Assembly (NCBI GenBank): GCA_951406725.2
Contig: OX597824.1
Location: 74,772,001 to 74,836,000 of the forward strand
Length of the DNA stretch: 64,000 nt
From: Octopus vulgaris
Lineage: Eukaryota
Direction: 5' to 3'
Positions 1 through 15,304 of this stretch are shown piece by piece (position 1 is the first letter of the stretch; the number at the start of each line of letters is the position of its first letter). Below the pieces are notes generated by a model. The model did no database searches. It was not told the origin of the DNA and saw nothing but the letters and a program-made list of their open reading frames with translations. Position numbers and translations under genes: made by a program.

Positions 1-620
1 GCACTTCTCCCCAATCATTATTGTATCATTAGTTTCTCCAACAACCTGCAAAATATTTAATTTGTCATTCAGCATTCCCTATCCGTCTTTTGCCTTTCAG
101 TATCGACACAAGACCACATATTTGTAAGGAATGATTCTACGTTAAACAAATCAACAATCAAGCCCTGTTGATTTCAACAAATCCCCGCGAGATTTCTGGT
201 CAGAACTTGTAAGTTCGTAAGATATTTATAACCGAATAAATTTAACTTGAGACGTCGTCGACATGAATAAAGCATTCATGTTAGATCTCATGGCAACTGA
301 TGTAATGAGAGGAAATATTTGCCAATAATAAATACCATGCCATGCGTACGAATCAGACTGTCATGATCATACCACCACAATTGATAAAGCGAAGAGGACA
401 ATCCAATGAATAATATTAATTTGGTGAAGAGAGGAATATTTTAACTCACTGACTAATAGTTCTTTGATCTTATCTTAGCAAGTAAGGGCGATAACTTCTG
501 GAATGTGTTTTGGTCATATCAAACTTCACCAGCGAAACGTTTATTTTTTCATTTCACGTTAAGATTTCTTATATTGGTACAATACACTGAGTTGATGGAG
601 TGTAGAAGAAGATTGAATTT
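1..620 (-). pseudogene. Decayed Toll-like receptor, C-terminal piece (LRRCT remnant, transmembrane helix, start of TIR domain)
   Basis: Manual minus-strand translation with stops and frameshifts: hydrophobic NIIHWIVLFALSIVVV (370-417), then FVRMAWYLLLA, HECFIHV (like TIR box 1 YDxFISY) and ESFLTNMWSC (108-137, like the TIR FLxSxWC motif). Confidence 0.55.
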
Positions 621-1089
621 CCACACGTTTTTTTTTTATATCCTAGGGTTTTGTCGTGGCTCAAATCACACCATTACATTGCTGTTGTGTAATCCCACTA
701 CTATGTTGCAGTAGACTTGCAATCAAATGTGTCCAGTCATGACCGACCCGGCTTTTTAAAATACATTGTATACCTGGTATGATAAAAGCGCAAGGGCCAG
801 TGCTTAGTATGGTGGACTCAAAATGTGGTTGCATTTTCGATTCCTGGAAAGGAAGGGGGAGGGTGCATTCTGTCCTTGAGCAAAGTACTTCATTACACGC
901 AATTCTGGTCTACTCAACTGAAGTGAGTACCAGGAGTAATTGGCGATAAACAAAACATCCCTTTGAAATTCTGTCAAAGGGATTATTTCAATCTCAGTCA
1001 TTTATTTGCCGTGGAAACCAGGAGAAACGCCCCCCCCCCTAATAGGCCAAAACTTACAGGCCTTATGTCTAGTTTATATTTCGATATAA

Positions 1090-1113
1090 ATCTATCTGTC
1101 TGTTTGTCTGTCC

Positions 1114-1161
<48 letters not shown>

Positions 1162-1162
1162 G

Positions 1163-1247
<85 letters not shown>

Positions 1248-1363
1248 TGTATGTATGTATGTATGTATGTATGTATGTATGTATGTATGTATGTATGTAT
1301 GTATGTATGTATGTATGTATGTGTGTGTGTATGTATGTATGTATGTATGTATGTATGTATGTA
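1090..1363. repeat. Compound microsatellite (TCTG)n-(TCTA)n-(TATG)n
   Basis: Directly visible tetranucleotide arrays. Confidence 0.97.
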
Positions 1364-1369
1364 GTACTT

Positions 1370-2110
1370 CATTATCTAATGTGTCTTTCTGCCTTTGAAT
1401 ATAATTCTGCTCAATTAGGATCAGCCTAGGATTAAACAAAAGCAACAACGTCACTTGTTATTGATGGACTTATTACTTTCTGTTTAGATATTGCAAACAA
1501 AGACAGCAACTTGTCACTTTGAATTCTATTGCTTCTCAACTGTCGCTGGTCTCACTAGGGAATGAAACTGTCCACGGATGTCGTTATTATTATTGCTATT
1601 TTAAGCCAAGCGAAGGCTTCAACTAACCGACCTATGATCAAAGGCTTTAACATTCACGACCGCAAATACGTTAGTTCGCAAACGAGTGGAAACCTCCTGT
1701 TGACTCTTGACTGGTTGATAGAGACTGGTTGTATAACTGTTTGTTATTGGCAAAGAAAGAAAGATTAAATTGATTACATATTATAGAACCTCTATAAATT
1801 CTTCTGATATGACCAGATACAGAAACATTTTGTTGATTGTATGTGATAGAAACGGAGGGAGACAGAGAAACAGTTGGGTGACAATTCGATAATGCACTCC
1901 TTAACCATGCCAATATCAACAAAGAAGAGAAGCTCTAATGACTGATGATTGTACAAGATAGTGCCTCTCTGACCGAGCAGGAATCACTCGTGAGAGAGAA
2001 CGATTCTATTGACTGTATGCAACAGTCGCACCTTAATTGTACTGGTGTCGACAAGGGAAAGGAAAATTACCAAAAGCACAAAGGATGACGTCTCCTGAAA
2101 ACAAACTATG
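1370..2110 (-). pseudogene. Decayed TLR piece: second LRRNT cysteine cluster and membrane-proximal LRRs
   Basis: Minus-strand remnants CAFGNFPFPC...NRSLSRVIP (1979-2005), IIELSPNCFSVSLRF (1848-1893), LRSNRIQS (1516-1539) and LILIEQNYIQ; a short repeat fragment interrupts near 1585-1760. Confidence 0.5.
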
Positions 2111-2137
2111 GGAATAAAATACACAACACAAATAACA

Positions 2138-2473
<336 letters not shown>

Positions 2474-3229
2474 CTTGTGTCGTCTCTTTATGGCCCTCCA
2501 GCTCATCTCTTTCATTTACGAACCGATGAAAGAAGAGAAATAAAACAAGATTTTCACCATCAAACAGAAAAGTGAAATGAAAGCATAAGAGACCAAAGCT
2601 GCATGAAGGGAGGACAGAAATAAATAAAGGAAGGAAAAAATAAATAAACGAATGAACAGCTACTTGAAAAAGAAAAATTGATTAGAAGCGTAGAGATAAA
2701 AGCAAGCTATTTGGCAGACATTATTTACTCGCTGTAGAAGGGGAAGTAGAGCTTAGAACTATGTATTACGTCATGGAATTTTCCATCATGCTTTCTAGTC
2801 GTGTACTGACAGTGCGCGCCTACCAGACTGTAAAGTGAATCAATAACTATACAATAGAGAGAGAAAGAGAAAGACTATGGGGAGAAAAACTAGGTACGCC
2901 ATCGCCGACACCAGCTGGACGCTGTATCTACTAGATTAACTGAAAAATGTCTAGAATTGACTGTTTGTTCACTGATGTGTGTGTGTGTTGAGAGAGATTG
3001 CTTAACGTGTATACACGAGCGTAGGACATTATCCCCCCAGGCCAGGACAAATCTCTCACGGACAAATCGGAAAGATCAATTAAAAAATAAAAATTTTCCA
3101 GTGAAATGTAGAATAGGACAAAAGACCCGAGAATAAAAAAGTACCTCAAAATAAATGCGTAATGATAAAAATTTTCGATAAAGATAAACCACAAAAGAAC
3201 AAAACAGTTTAATGATTATATAATTTTCG

Positions 3230-4440
3230 ATATGTATCATGAAGGACACCCATATAATGAAGTCTTTTAACTGCCCAGAATTTTCGCTAGAGACAATGCT
3301 CTAAATAGCCTAAATTTGATTACGTTACCCAGGCAACATAATCAACAGTGAATGTGGCTGTTATTTGATAAAACGCCAACAAAGAAGACCTTATAAGTAT
3401 TGTACAGTTGTACAGGCATTAACACTTGCATTGTAAATTTATAGCTCACTGTTTTACTGGTTTATGTAAAAAAATATTTACACAATCGTAAAAATGATCT
3501 TTATAAACAGAACCTAATACTACTGTTTCTTTGGAAACCGAAACAATCAATATTGTAAAATTTGACATACGTGTTCTAGGTTCATTTAAAGTTCATTTTA
3601 GCTCGACGCCATTCAAATGCTCCTCCAAGGTCATTGTTTTTATTCACAAAGTTAAACGAATTCCTCAAACGTTGTCACTGCGATTTTATGTCACTTTCAT
3701 TTCGTTCTATGGATCTTTTCCGTTTGAACGGCAGATTTTCTAGCGGTGTCATATGAAATTGTCACCCATAATTATGACCCTAGTATCGAGCTATTGCATT
3801 TCAATCTGTTTTAGGGTTAGGGTTAGGTATGGGGGGAAGGGTATCTTTTTTTCTTCACAGATGTAAATAAACCCAATCTGTTTCTTAAACGAGGGACATA
3901 TTCATACGACACAGAATGTTGTTTACCTCAATGGACGTCAGTGATTGGTTGAAATTGCAGAAATTGAAGAAATTGAAGAAAACAACAACAAATATCTTAC
4001 AAACTATAGAATTTTCTCAATAAAGCCAAGAGAAAAAGATGTTTTATAAACACATTCTACCAGTATACGAAGTTTAAAATCTTTTTAGCTACCTAGAAAT
4101 TATGTTAAAAACTGCCGTTCAAACCGAAAAGATCCGAACCTAATTCTACTGTTTCTTTGGAAACCGAAACAATCAATATTGTAAAATTTCACCTACGCGT
4201 TCTAGGTTCATTTAAAGTTCATTTTAGCTCGACGCTTTTCAGAAGTTCCTCCAAGGTCATTGTTTTATTCACAAAGTTAAACGAATTCCTCAAACGTTGT
4301 CACTGCAATTTCATGTCACTTTCATTTCGTTCTATTGGTGTCATACCACGAAAATGCCGAAAGCCTGATCTTTTCTTTGTCGCAACTCCCACGTTAGTTG
4401 TTGTTGCAAGCTTCTTCATCGTTGTTTGCCTGAGGAACTC
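3230..4440 (-). pseudogene. Decayed TLR piece: LRRs and first LRRCT, partly duplicated around a TIR-bounded element
   Basis: Minus-strand NNDLGGAFE (3612-3638, LRR Asn ladder) and SNNSHIHC*YVAWV (about 3330-3370, like the LRRCT NPxxCxCxxxW). Confidence 0.45.
3711..4135. mobile_element. Non-autonomous terminal-inverted-repeat element (MITE) with internal TTAGGG repeats
   Basis: 24-bp TIRs GGATCTTTTCCGTTTGAACGGCAG (3711-3734) and CTGCCGTTCAAACCGAAAAGATCC (4112-4135) with 1 mismatch; TTAGGGTTAGGGTTAGG at 3811-3827; a related right end lies at 51896-52142. Confidence 0.85.
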
Positions 4441-4667
4441 TCTTTACTCTTTTTACTCTTTGACTTGTTTCAGTCATTTGACTGCGGCCATGCTGGAGCA
4501 CTGCCTTTAGTCGAGCAAATCGAGCCCAGGACTTATTCTTTGTAAGCCTAGTACTTATTCTATCGGTCTCTTTTGCCGAACCGTTAAGTTACGAGGACGT
4601 AAACACACCAAAATCGGTTGTCAAGCGATGTTGGTGGGATAAACACGCGCGCGCACGCACACACACA

Positions 4668-4714
<47 letters not shown>

Positions 4715-4720
4715 TACACA

Positions 4721-4765
<45 letters not shown>

Positions 4766-4931
4766 CATATATACGACGGGCTTTTTTCAGTTTCCGCCTA
4801 CCAAATCCACTCACAAGGCTTCGGTCGGCCCGAGGTTATAGTAGAAGACATCTACCCAAGGTGCCACGCAGTGGGACTGAACCCGGAACCATGTGGTTGG
4901 TAAGCAAGCTACTTACCACACAGCCTCCTAC
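4440..4931 (-). mobile_element. tRNA-derived SINE, family A (internal CA/TA microsatellite)
   Basis: Head GCTGTGTGGTAAGTAGCTTGC...GGGTTCAGTCCC with Pol III A/B-box-like motifs and an AAGAGT tail; more than 10 copies in the window. Confidence 0.9.
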
Positions 4932-5559
4932 GAACATCTCCAACTTTAATGGAAAAAGGCGAAGTATCCATAAAAAAGCACATCAGAGGAAATATTTCAC
5001 TAAGAAGTGTTAGTGGCTGGATACGATATGTTCCAAACACATTGTTGCTTCTGAAATAATTCACTAGACATCTATTCAGACACGGTACTGACTGTCGGTG
5101 ACGACAGCAAGGGTTCCAGTCGATCCGATCAACGAATCAACCTGGTCGTGAAATAATTAACGTGCAATCCACAGATACGCGTATCCTGAACGCAGTTCTC
5201 AGGGAGATTCAGCATGACAGAATGTAAAAAAAAAATAGCCCTTTGAAACTGGTACTACTAATTTTTTGCCAGCTGAGTGGACTGGAGGGACATGAAATAA
5301 AGTGTCCTGTGCAAGGATATAACGTACCGCTGGGAATGTAGCCAATTAACTATTTCGTCTATAGCAGGAGTCGGAGTACTTTTTAACCAATAACCCTAAA
5401 TATATATTTATTTACGCCGACGTTGCCCCCTTGAGCCGAAAGGAAGAAAATCATAGATAACAAGGAACAGTCCTCATTACACCCCAAAATTTCATTTTTA
5501 CCTCACTTGGGGTGATTTATCCCGGTTCGCCGTCCCCTGGTCTATATGTATAAAAGCAA

Positions 5560-6170
5560 TCCATCCAACAAACCACAAAAATGTTTCTTTTCATTTATCA
5601 CTCCTAATTCAGCAATGAATGCTAAGCTTTACACCTGTTTCTGTGAACTTTAGATCAGATAGTATAAACAGCTACGACTTGACAAATGTGGTATTAAAAA
5701 TGTCAAGTCAATATCGATCGTGGTACGTTCAAAGTCGATGGTGAGAAGTCGATTGGATTCTAGATTAACATTTTTGTTCAAGATTTTCCAAAGAAGTCCT
5801 TTAGAGGCTGACTATGATTTTACGAAGAGAAAAGTATACCCACATACCCGAGCAAATGACTCTGGAGTAAGCTCGGAAGTAACAGTTACCGCTGAAAATG
5901 CTCCATCAACAAGCCTTGTAGTATTGCGGATAAAAATATTCCTGGGCCTGGTTGATTGAAGATAATGACTATCTGTCAGAATTCAAATCCATGACATAAA
6001 TAAGAATATTCTCGTATTCTCGAGTACCTTTCTGGTTTCAATTTTTTTTCTATTCATCACTGATATACCCTGATTCTCGGAGAGATCTGTTCTCTTTTGG
6101 CAATACTTGTTCCTAAACCTGAAATAGTCAGTACAGCAAACTTCAAGTAGTTGTTAACATGGTGAACGGA
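5560..6170 (-). pseudogene. Decayed TLR piece: central LRRs
   Basis: Minus-strand IRNTTRLVDGAFSAV..LTPESF and KILNKNVNLESNRLLTIDF (5731-5766) fit LxxLxLxxNxL repeats; stops and frameshifts are present. Confidence 0.6.
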
Positions 6171-6172
6171 AA

Positions 6173-6565
6173 TCTCTATATATAAAAGTGAGGTTGTGTG
6201 GTGTCTGTCTCCTACGATTTAGATTCCTAACTACTCCCACATTTTGTGGTGCAGTTTAACCAAAAGCGGTTATCTTATAGTCGTGATACATATCGAGCCC
6301 TTCTGGGTATTAGCGCGCGTCTACGATGAGTCTACGATTAAAAAAAAATTACCATCATATTTTCCCATTTTTAATGCATTTTTGGCATATATAAGGGAAG
6401 TAACTCTCTAAAAATGTATTATTAAATCTCAGAACGTAAAAAGCTACAGTAACACCCCCCTTTGTTGGTTAGCCATATTGAGATGGCTATTATACTTTAC
6501 ATCTCTAAAAATGCTTATATAGTTATTTCCCTTACAAACCGAGCAACGCCGGGCGATTCTGCTAG
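6173..6565 (+). mobile_element. Non-autonomous Helitron-like element
   Basis: Starts TCTCTATATATAAAA and ends in the GC hairpin CCGAGCAACGCCGGG plus CTAG; inserted between A and T with no TSD; near-identical copy at 62758-63056. Confidence 0.85.
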
Positions 6566-6929
6566 TAGTCATAAAAAATAGTTGTAGTATAAAAAGGGTA
6601 CAGCACAAAATGTCACATTTTATTTAAATGTCATAAATATTTTAAGTGTGCTTTTCAACTGAATCTGCACAATTTGTATGCAGTAACAACACAATTTATA
6701 GAATGGCATTAAATATGTGTGCGTAAAATCAAACGTTATTTGCAACATCTTAAGCATAACAATGCACAAATAATTAAATCAGTCATTCAGTGAAGTTTTC
6801 CTGTGACTTTTTCTCCAATTTCCCCCTCTATTTGTTGACGTATGGCATGTGAAACAATACGAGCGGCTAAACCCGTTGTTCAAACTGTTCATTACGTTGT
6901 TCTTTTATTTCGCTGCAGAAAGTAATTGT

Positions 6930-7060
6930 TTCAGTTTGCAATATTTTACTATTCTTTGAGAACATTCCCAACGTATTTGCGTTCTGTTTGAGCCTCTTTG
7001 TTTAAATGCAAACTGACTACAGATAGTTGGCAACTTCCCTTATTGTTTTCGAGAAGCTTT
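6930..7060 (-). mobile_element. Degraded FLYWCH-like zinc-finger segment (possible Mutator-like transposase remnant)
   Basis: Frameshifted minus-strand ENNKGSCQLSV...NKEAQT / IRWECSQRIVKYCK resembles the FLYWCH W-x-C-x5-C motif. Confidence 0.4.
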
Positions 7061-7379
7061 CTTTTGTGACTGAAGATTTTGTTTACCGAGTCACTCGAAA
7101 GTATAACTTATTCTTAAAATACTGCAGAACTTGTACCTAATCACCTCTCGCATTTCAGGCGACGAAACTACAAACAGCAAAATTTTCGCAACTCACAAGT
7201 TTTGTTATGGAAGATGAAAGAGGACTGCAACAATACTTTATTAATGAATTCACTACTCTCCATTATTTTGTTCCTACACTTCTTTTGAAAATAATTCCCA
7301 CTGAAAAAATAAGTTTTCCGAAAAGAAAGAAAAAACTTTAGCGAAGTCTTTTGTTGAAGCGAAATTTTGTTGTAGGCAT

Positions 7380-7703
7380 TTTTCCCCCCATGAAGGTAGA
7401 TCTGAACGTCCTGAGATGGGAGGAGATCGCAAATGATCGCCCACGCAGGAGACAAATACTGCGAAAGGAGGTGAAGCGAGGGAAAGAGAAACTGGAACTT
7501 GCCACCAAGGAAAAGCGTACCCGAAGGAAGGAAAAGCCTGTAGCGCCTGTAGAGAGCTTATTCAAATGCAGTGGCTGCATGCATGACTGTCACTCCCGTG
7601 TGGGCCTGTACAACCACAACAGACGCTGCACCACGATCAGTAGCTGACACGAATTCCCCAGGCGCAGATATATGGCCTCGCGAGACCGACGGATTCCTAC
7701 TAC
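7380..7703 (+). mobile_element. RTE-clade (BovB-like) LINE 3' fragment
   Basis: ORF 7351-7647: WEEIANDRPRRR followed by the terminal C2HC finger FKCSGCMHDCHSRVGLYNHNRRC; short (CTA)n tail. Confidence 0.85.
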
Positions 7704-7780
7704 TAAAGACATATACTCTGACTGGCCCCAATTGAGAAGATTTATTATCAAATGTGGAAGGACGAAATAGAACCAGATAT

Positions 7781-8078
7781 GTTTGTTCCTTCTCGAGCCA
7801 TCCCTGGCTCATTAGGGCCGGTTTCCCGGTTTCCTTAGCGTATAGGTTTCCCACCTGCGATGGGACGCCGGTCCGTCGCAGGTGAGCTGCAAGATGCAGG
7901 AGGAAAGAGAGAAAGTTGTGGCGAAAGAGTCAGCAGAAGCTCGCCATTACCTTCTGCCGGAGCCGTGTGGAGCTTAGGTGTTTCATTCATAAACACACAC
8001 ATCGCCTGGTCTGAGATTCGAACCCGCGATCCCTAGGCCGCGAATCCGCTGCTCTAACCACTAGGTCATGTGCCTCCA
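7781..8078 (-). mobile_element. tRNA-derived SINE, family C
   Basis: tRNA-like head (TAGTGGTTAGAGC...GGGTTCGAATCTC); 12-bp TSD AGAACCAGATAT at 7769-7780 and 8080-8091. Confidence 0.92.
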
Positions 8079-8507
8079 GAGAACCAGATATACTTACGAT
8101 GGAATTCGACAGAACACACTGTCAAAAATACACCTGGAACTAAAAGAACTACGACGACGACAATGATAAAGCCTCCCCACAACTTTATCAGAAAAGGAAA
8201 ATAGGAAGCGTGCAATTTCAGACTTTTTCTGTTGCGCATTCCATCTTAAATATTTCTAATTTTGTGCCATTATAAAAAAAATTTTCACTCTATTAATATT
8301 GACGTGAAAATAGGAGATAAATGTTTCGCTGAGAAGCTTTAATAAGACCAAAGCGTATCCCAAAAGTTAACAAACTTGCTTCAGATAAAAATATTAACTG
8401 GACAAATGTTTTCTTTTTCTCAGCGGCGTAAGTAATGTTAATTAACTAGTTTGTCCGTACTGTTAATAATCATGGAAAATATGTTTATCTTGCTTTGATG
8501 TATTGAA

Positions 8508-8581
<74 letters not shown>

Positions 8582-8637
8582 TAAGAAGAACAACAAGAAC
8601 AACAAGAATAATAACAACAACAACAATAATAATAGTA

Positions 8638-9955
8638 ATCCTACTCGGGGCTCAAGGAGGTCGAGGCTTGATCCAATTTGAAATCTCCTACAAAACCACC
8701 ACAATTTGACTGGCAAAATATCTTGAAACATCTAACGCCTGGATGCTAAACCATGAAAAACCATGGAAGACCATGAAAAAACATAAAAAGCCATTGAAAA
8801 CCATGGAAGACATAAGAAGCTTCATTCTGTTGTGAAGGAGAGCAAAATAGTGTCAAGTGAGTTTATGCATAATATCCAGGTTGAACAGCATGATTGAAGT
8901 GCAGCAACTTTAGTTGCAAAGAAGGTGAAATCAATAGCAAAGCAAAATGCATTTGAACAATTGGGTGATAGGTGGGAACAAATACCTCTGCATGGTAATA
9001 TGTAGCCCGTAGTAAACACGCTGATGTAGACCGGGAGCACATCCATCAGTGGCTACGGAGCTCAGGGCTAAAGGTAGAGGGTGAAGGATTTATCTTTGTT
9101 GTCTAAGATCAGAGCTTACTGTTGCAGAACTATCAAGCCAATGTGATAGAAAATGGTGTAGACCCAAAGTGCCGATACTGCAACGATGGGATAGAAACAG
9201 TGGACCACCTAATCTCTGGATGTAAAGTTTTAGAACCTGTAGAGTACAAATCAAGACATGACAAAGTTGGCCAATATCTAGATTGGATAATGTGTCAGCA
9301 TTATACAATCAAAACTGCTGACAAATGATACAAGCACCACCCTAAGGCTGTAACTGAGGCAGAAAATGTAACTATTCTTTGTGAATTCTCAGTATGTAAG
9401 GACCGGACTACCAAGGCAAATAAACAAGATATTGACGTGAAAGACCAAAACAATAAAATCTGTTTATTGATTGACATGAGCATATCCTGTGACCATAATA
9501 TCTCGGCAAAAGAATTTGATAAGCTCAGAAAATATAAAGATTTGCTTACCGAAATCGAAAAGATGTGGCATTTCAAGACGGTTACAATACCATTGATTGT
9601 AGTAGCACTTGGAATGTTCAAAAAAGGAACAGAAAATTATTTAAGAATGATCCCTGGCTTACCATCCATGCCGGAAGTTCAAAAGATTGTCTTAACTGGT
9701 ACGTCACACGTGTTGAGAAGGGTATTGTCGCTGTGAATTTTCCTTTCGCCCCCGCTTTATTTGCTTACTATTGAATTTCTTTCCTTTTTTCTCTTAGTCT
9801 TCTCCTTTTTCTCTATCACATGACTCTGTAAATGAACAATCTAGTGTGTTTATTTTAATGGCCTACCAATGCATACAGTACGTTTCTCTGCACTAGGTGT
9901 CAGGAAGACACTCGGCCAGAAATGGAAATAGAATTGAAAGAAGATTCTAATGAAA
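8638..9955 (+). mobile_element. R4/Dong-clade non-LTR retrotransposon, 5'-truncated (RT thumb, CCHC finger, restriction-like endonuclease)
   Basis: GGRGLIQ; CRYCNDGIETVDHLISGC...RHDKV; CLLIDMS...KLRKYKDL...MW...PLIVVALG; flanked on both sides by (TAA)n. Confidence 0.92.
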
Positions 9956-9967
9956 ATAACAATAATC

Positions 9968-10037
<70 letters not shown>

Positions 10038-10046
10038 TAATAATAA

Positions 10047-10585
10047 TAATGATAATAATAATAATAACACTAGGGAATAACAATAGAAAAAAGATGGCAT
10101 AAGCACACGCCAGAAAAGGTCACAGAAAACGAGAAAGCAACCATATTCTGGGATATGCCAATACACACAGATAGAGAAATTAAGACCAACAGACCAGATA
10201 TAGTTGTCAGAGATCATGAAGAAAAAAATGCTTTCTAATTGATGTATCAATACCAGCAGATGACAACGCGTCTCTAAAAGAAATGGAGAAACTTTCAAAA
10301 TACAAAGACCAGGAAATAGAGGTAACTCGAATGTGGAATCTAAAAACAAAAACAATTCCTATCATAGTGGGCGCATTAGGTATGATAAAAAATATTCAGT
10401 CAAATACATAACAAAAACACCAGGACTTACAAATATATATAGCATACAGAAAATTGCACTACTGGGCACTGCACACATCCTACGCAAAACAAAATGGTTA
10501 CTTTCAGTACAGAAACCATAAGAGCATCACAGCAAGGCACATAGAGCTGCGCTCGGTAGTGAAGTGAAAGTACGTTATAAAAATA

Positions 10586-10586
<1 letters not shown>
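10047..10586 (+). mobile_element. R4/Dong-clade 3' fragment (REL endonuclease), second family
   Basis: Encodes ILWDMPIHTDREIKTNRPDIVV...IQKIALLGTAHILRK with frameshifts; lies between (TAA)n tracts. Confidence 0.88.
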
Positions 10587-11955
<1,369 letters not shown>

Positions 11956-11956
11956 G

Positions 11957-12037
<81 letters not shown>

Positions 12038-12049
12038 TATAATAATAAC

Positions 12050-12842
12050 AATGCAACCATTGATCATATTATCTCCATTGGCAGTCTTCTTTCGTAAGCA
12101 ACAAAATGAAACCGCTGATCATGTTGTCTATGTGTAGTCTTCTTGCGCCTACAGAGTATCTCAACTGGCATGAAAGAACAGCAAAATATTTTCACTGGGT
12201 AATTTGCAAATGTCTGGACCTGCCCCATGGTAAAAACTGTTGGGAACACAAACCACCTTCAGTGCTTGAAAATGATCGCATCTCACTCTTGCGGAACTTC
12301 ACCGTTCAAACTGACAGAAAGATAGACGCGAAAAGGTCAGACATTATATTGAAAGACTTCAGACATAAGTCGTGCCTCCTCATTCATATGACTGTTCCAA
12401 TCGACATAAATGTGTCTGTCAAGACCTTCCAAAAACTGATCAGGTATATAGCTCTTGAAATAGAAATTGGCAAAATATGGAACCTCAATACTAAAGCAAT
12501 ACCTGTTGTCATAGGTATGACACAAAATGATAACAAAAGGGGCTAATTCCTACCTAGCTCAGATACCAGGAAACCCCCAAATGGCAGAAATTTAAAAGAT
12601 AGTGCTCATGGGAACTGCCCATATCCTACGTAAAATACTGTTTATGTAATCTCAAATTTTAAAATAAACTCATAATTTTCTTATGTTTTCTTAAACATTC
12701 TCTAAAACAATACTATGTGCCAAACCAAATATATGACACCCTAGGCATAACACCAATTTGAACTTCTAACTTGTTCTCTCTTGATGTCTCCGTGTGAGAC
12801 TTGGAGTAAACATGTACAAAAACAAAGCAAACGTCAAACTTA
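12050..12842 (+). mobile_element. R4/Dong-clade 3' fragment (REL endonuclease), further family
   Basis: ORF 12106-12546: CSLLAPTEYLNWHE...FTVQTDRKIDAKRSDIIL...EIGKIW...IPVVIG; ends in (TAA)n. Confidence 0.88.
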
Positions 12843-12859
12843 TAATAATAATAATAATA

Positions 12860-13425
<566 letters not shown>

Positions 13426-13609
13426 CCGTTCTAATAAAGGCACAACGCCTGAAATTCTGTGGGAAGAGACTGGTTGATTACATGTACCCCAGTGCTTAAC
13501 TTGTACTTATTTCATCGACCCCGTGAGGATGAAAGACAAAGTCGTCCTCGGCGGAATTTGAACTCAGAACATGAAGACCAATAATAATGAAAAAAAAGGT
13601 AAAGGTAAA

Positions 13610-14776
13610 GAATGTGAAACCAAGTTTATTGAAAGCTCAGCATAAAACCTGATTGGCAGTGGACCGAGAATGAGATATAGATCCAATTCTGCAAGCTTGG
13701 AAACTCTTCTAACAATGGCCTGATGATTCACAAATGCTGATTGAAATTAAGAATTTGAATTTTGTAAGAAATTTAGGTGCAAACGTTGAAAGTCGATCAA
13801 TATCAAAGGCATTGGTTTTTTTTTAAGTTCTTGAGTTTGGAGAAATATGCATTCCCCATGGGCTTTGTAGGTCCCTCTTAATCAGATGAAATTGATACCA
13901 TTAACGTTCTTCTTAAAGTCATGCTCCAGCCTCTGCCTTTCAGCAGGGTGGTCTTTTACTGGATACGGTTTAGGCTGTCGGTATATGCAGCAGAAGCTCC
14001 GTCCTGGGTGTGAATCATTTTGAAAATAATATTGCAACGCTCAATGCAGAGTAAAATGGCAGAGCAGCAAATATGCCGTCTTCTTTTCTACACTCGTGAA
14101 GAAATATGAATTCTTTATACGAAATTACGGTTCTTCTCAATTCTCAGTCAGTATGACTAGTAATGTTCATTAGCCTGGAATATCAGAGTACCTTTTCCCA
14201 AGACAAACCGCTCCAGACTGATTAGATATAGTTTCAATAATATGTAACAAAGAACAGATAGTTTTTACCGGAAGATATTGTAACAAGAGAAATATTTGAG
14301 AAACACCGTATTTGATGACATAAAAGAGATGCAGGCATATCAGACAAACCCCAATTTCAGTAGTGCATATTGAAGAAAAATTTTTTAGTGCATTAAAACA
14401 TTGTAACGTAGGCCATATAAGTCCAACTTCTATTTAGATGGCGGAGTGAATTTTTAAAGACATTTTTTGTAAAAAAAAAAGTGCGTCGGATGTGCCGTCA
14501 GATACGATAGATCTCTTTTATATTACAAAATCCCAAAAAGTGTGGTTCACCCCATGCACACATTCTACTAATTCTTCAAAGAGGATTTGGCCTCAATTTT
14601 ATAAATTGCGCGTTCAGAAATAACAAATCATAGAATTCGACCTGACTATACGACATTAAAAAAAAAACGCCAACAGAAAATATGTATGGCGAACTGCCGT
14701 TAGATTGAGTAAGAATGAAATCATTCGTTGCAGAGAGTATAACCAATATCAGAACAAATTTTCGAAACCCTATCAA
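13610..14776 (-). pseudogene. Decayed TLR N-terminal piece (signal peptide, LRRNT, first LRRs)
   Basis: FRKFVLILVILSATND (signal-peptide-like, ORF 14576-14776), GLSDMPASL after cysteines (14324-14350, LRRNT-like), YFSKLKNLKK (13818-13847), FLTKFKFLISISI and SKLAELDLY. Confidence 0.55.
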
Positions 14777-15304
14777 AGAGGAAACTCTAACTACAGTGAA
14801 TGATCACATTCTTTATATTAGCAGACCTGGAATTCTATACTAAATAACAGACATTTTGTTCCATAGAATAAGCTTTCATTTTATGTCTTAAACACAACTG
14901 TTACATATATTTTCTCATCAGTCGCATCTGTCAAGTATATATTTTCAAGTGTATATAGCAAAAGATATGATTGTATACATGTTAATATTGGAGAAATTCA
15001 AGCAAATAAATAGTGGACTCGTTCATAATGGAATTAATCAACAACTTGATATGCAGTTATTTAAATGAAATAAACATATATGCCGTTAGTACTATATTCA
15101 ATGCAATTTTAAGTTAGATAAAATATTCAATATCATCATTATTGAATTTAATACATTTCAAATATTTACCGGCAGTCTAGTATTTCATAGTCAATAATGT
15201 TTGTTTTCTTTAGGGTATATGGAGAAAGCCGTTTTCTTTCTTTTTTTATTGACTCGAAACCTGTACTGTGAAGAAAGAGCTTCAGGATCACATTGGTGGT
15301 ATGA

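Noticed and set aside
963-1454. ORFs made of MYVC / HTYI / YIYI / LSIY repeats (here and throughout the window)
   Set aside because: Stop-free read-through of (TATG)n, (TA)n, (TCTA)n and (CA)n microsatellites; no coding signal.
3811-3827. TTAGGG repeats as an interstitial telomere
   Set aside because: Fewer than three units, and internal to a TIR-bounded element.
7990-8078. tRNA-like sequences (also near 15520-15598, 18066-18135, 44950-45020) as tRNA genes
   Set aside because: They continue into SINE bodies, several with TSDs, and lack a proper acceptor stem; they are SINE heads.
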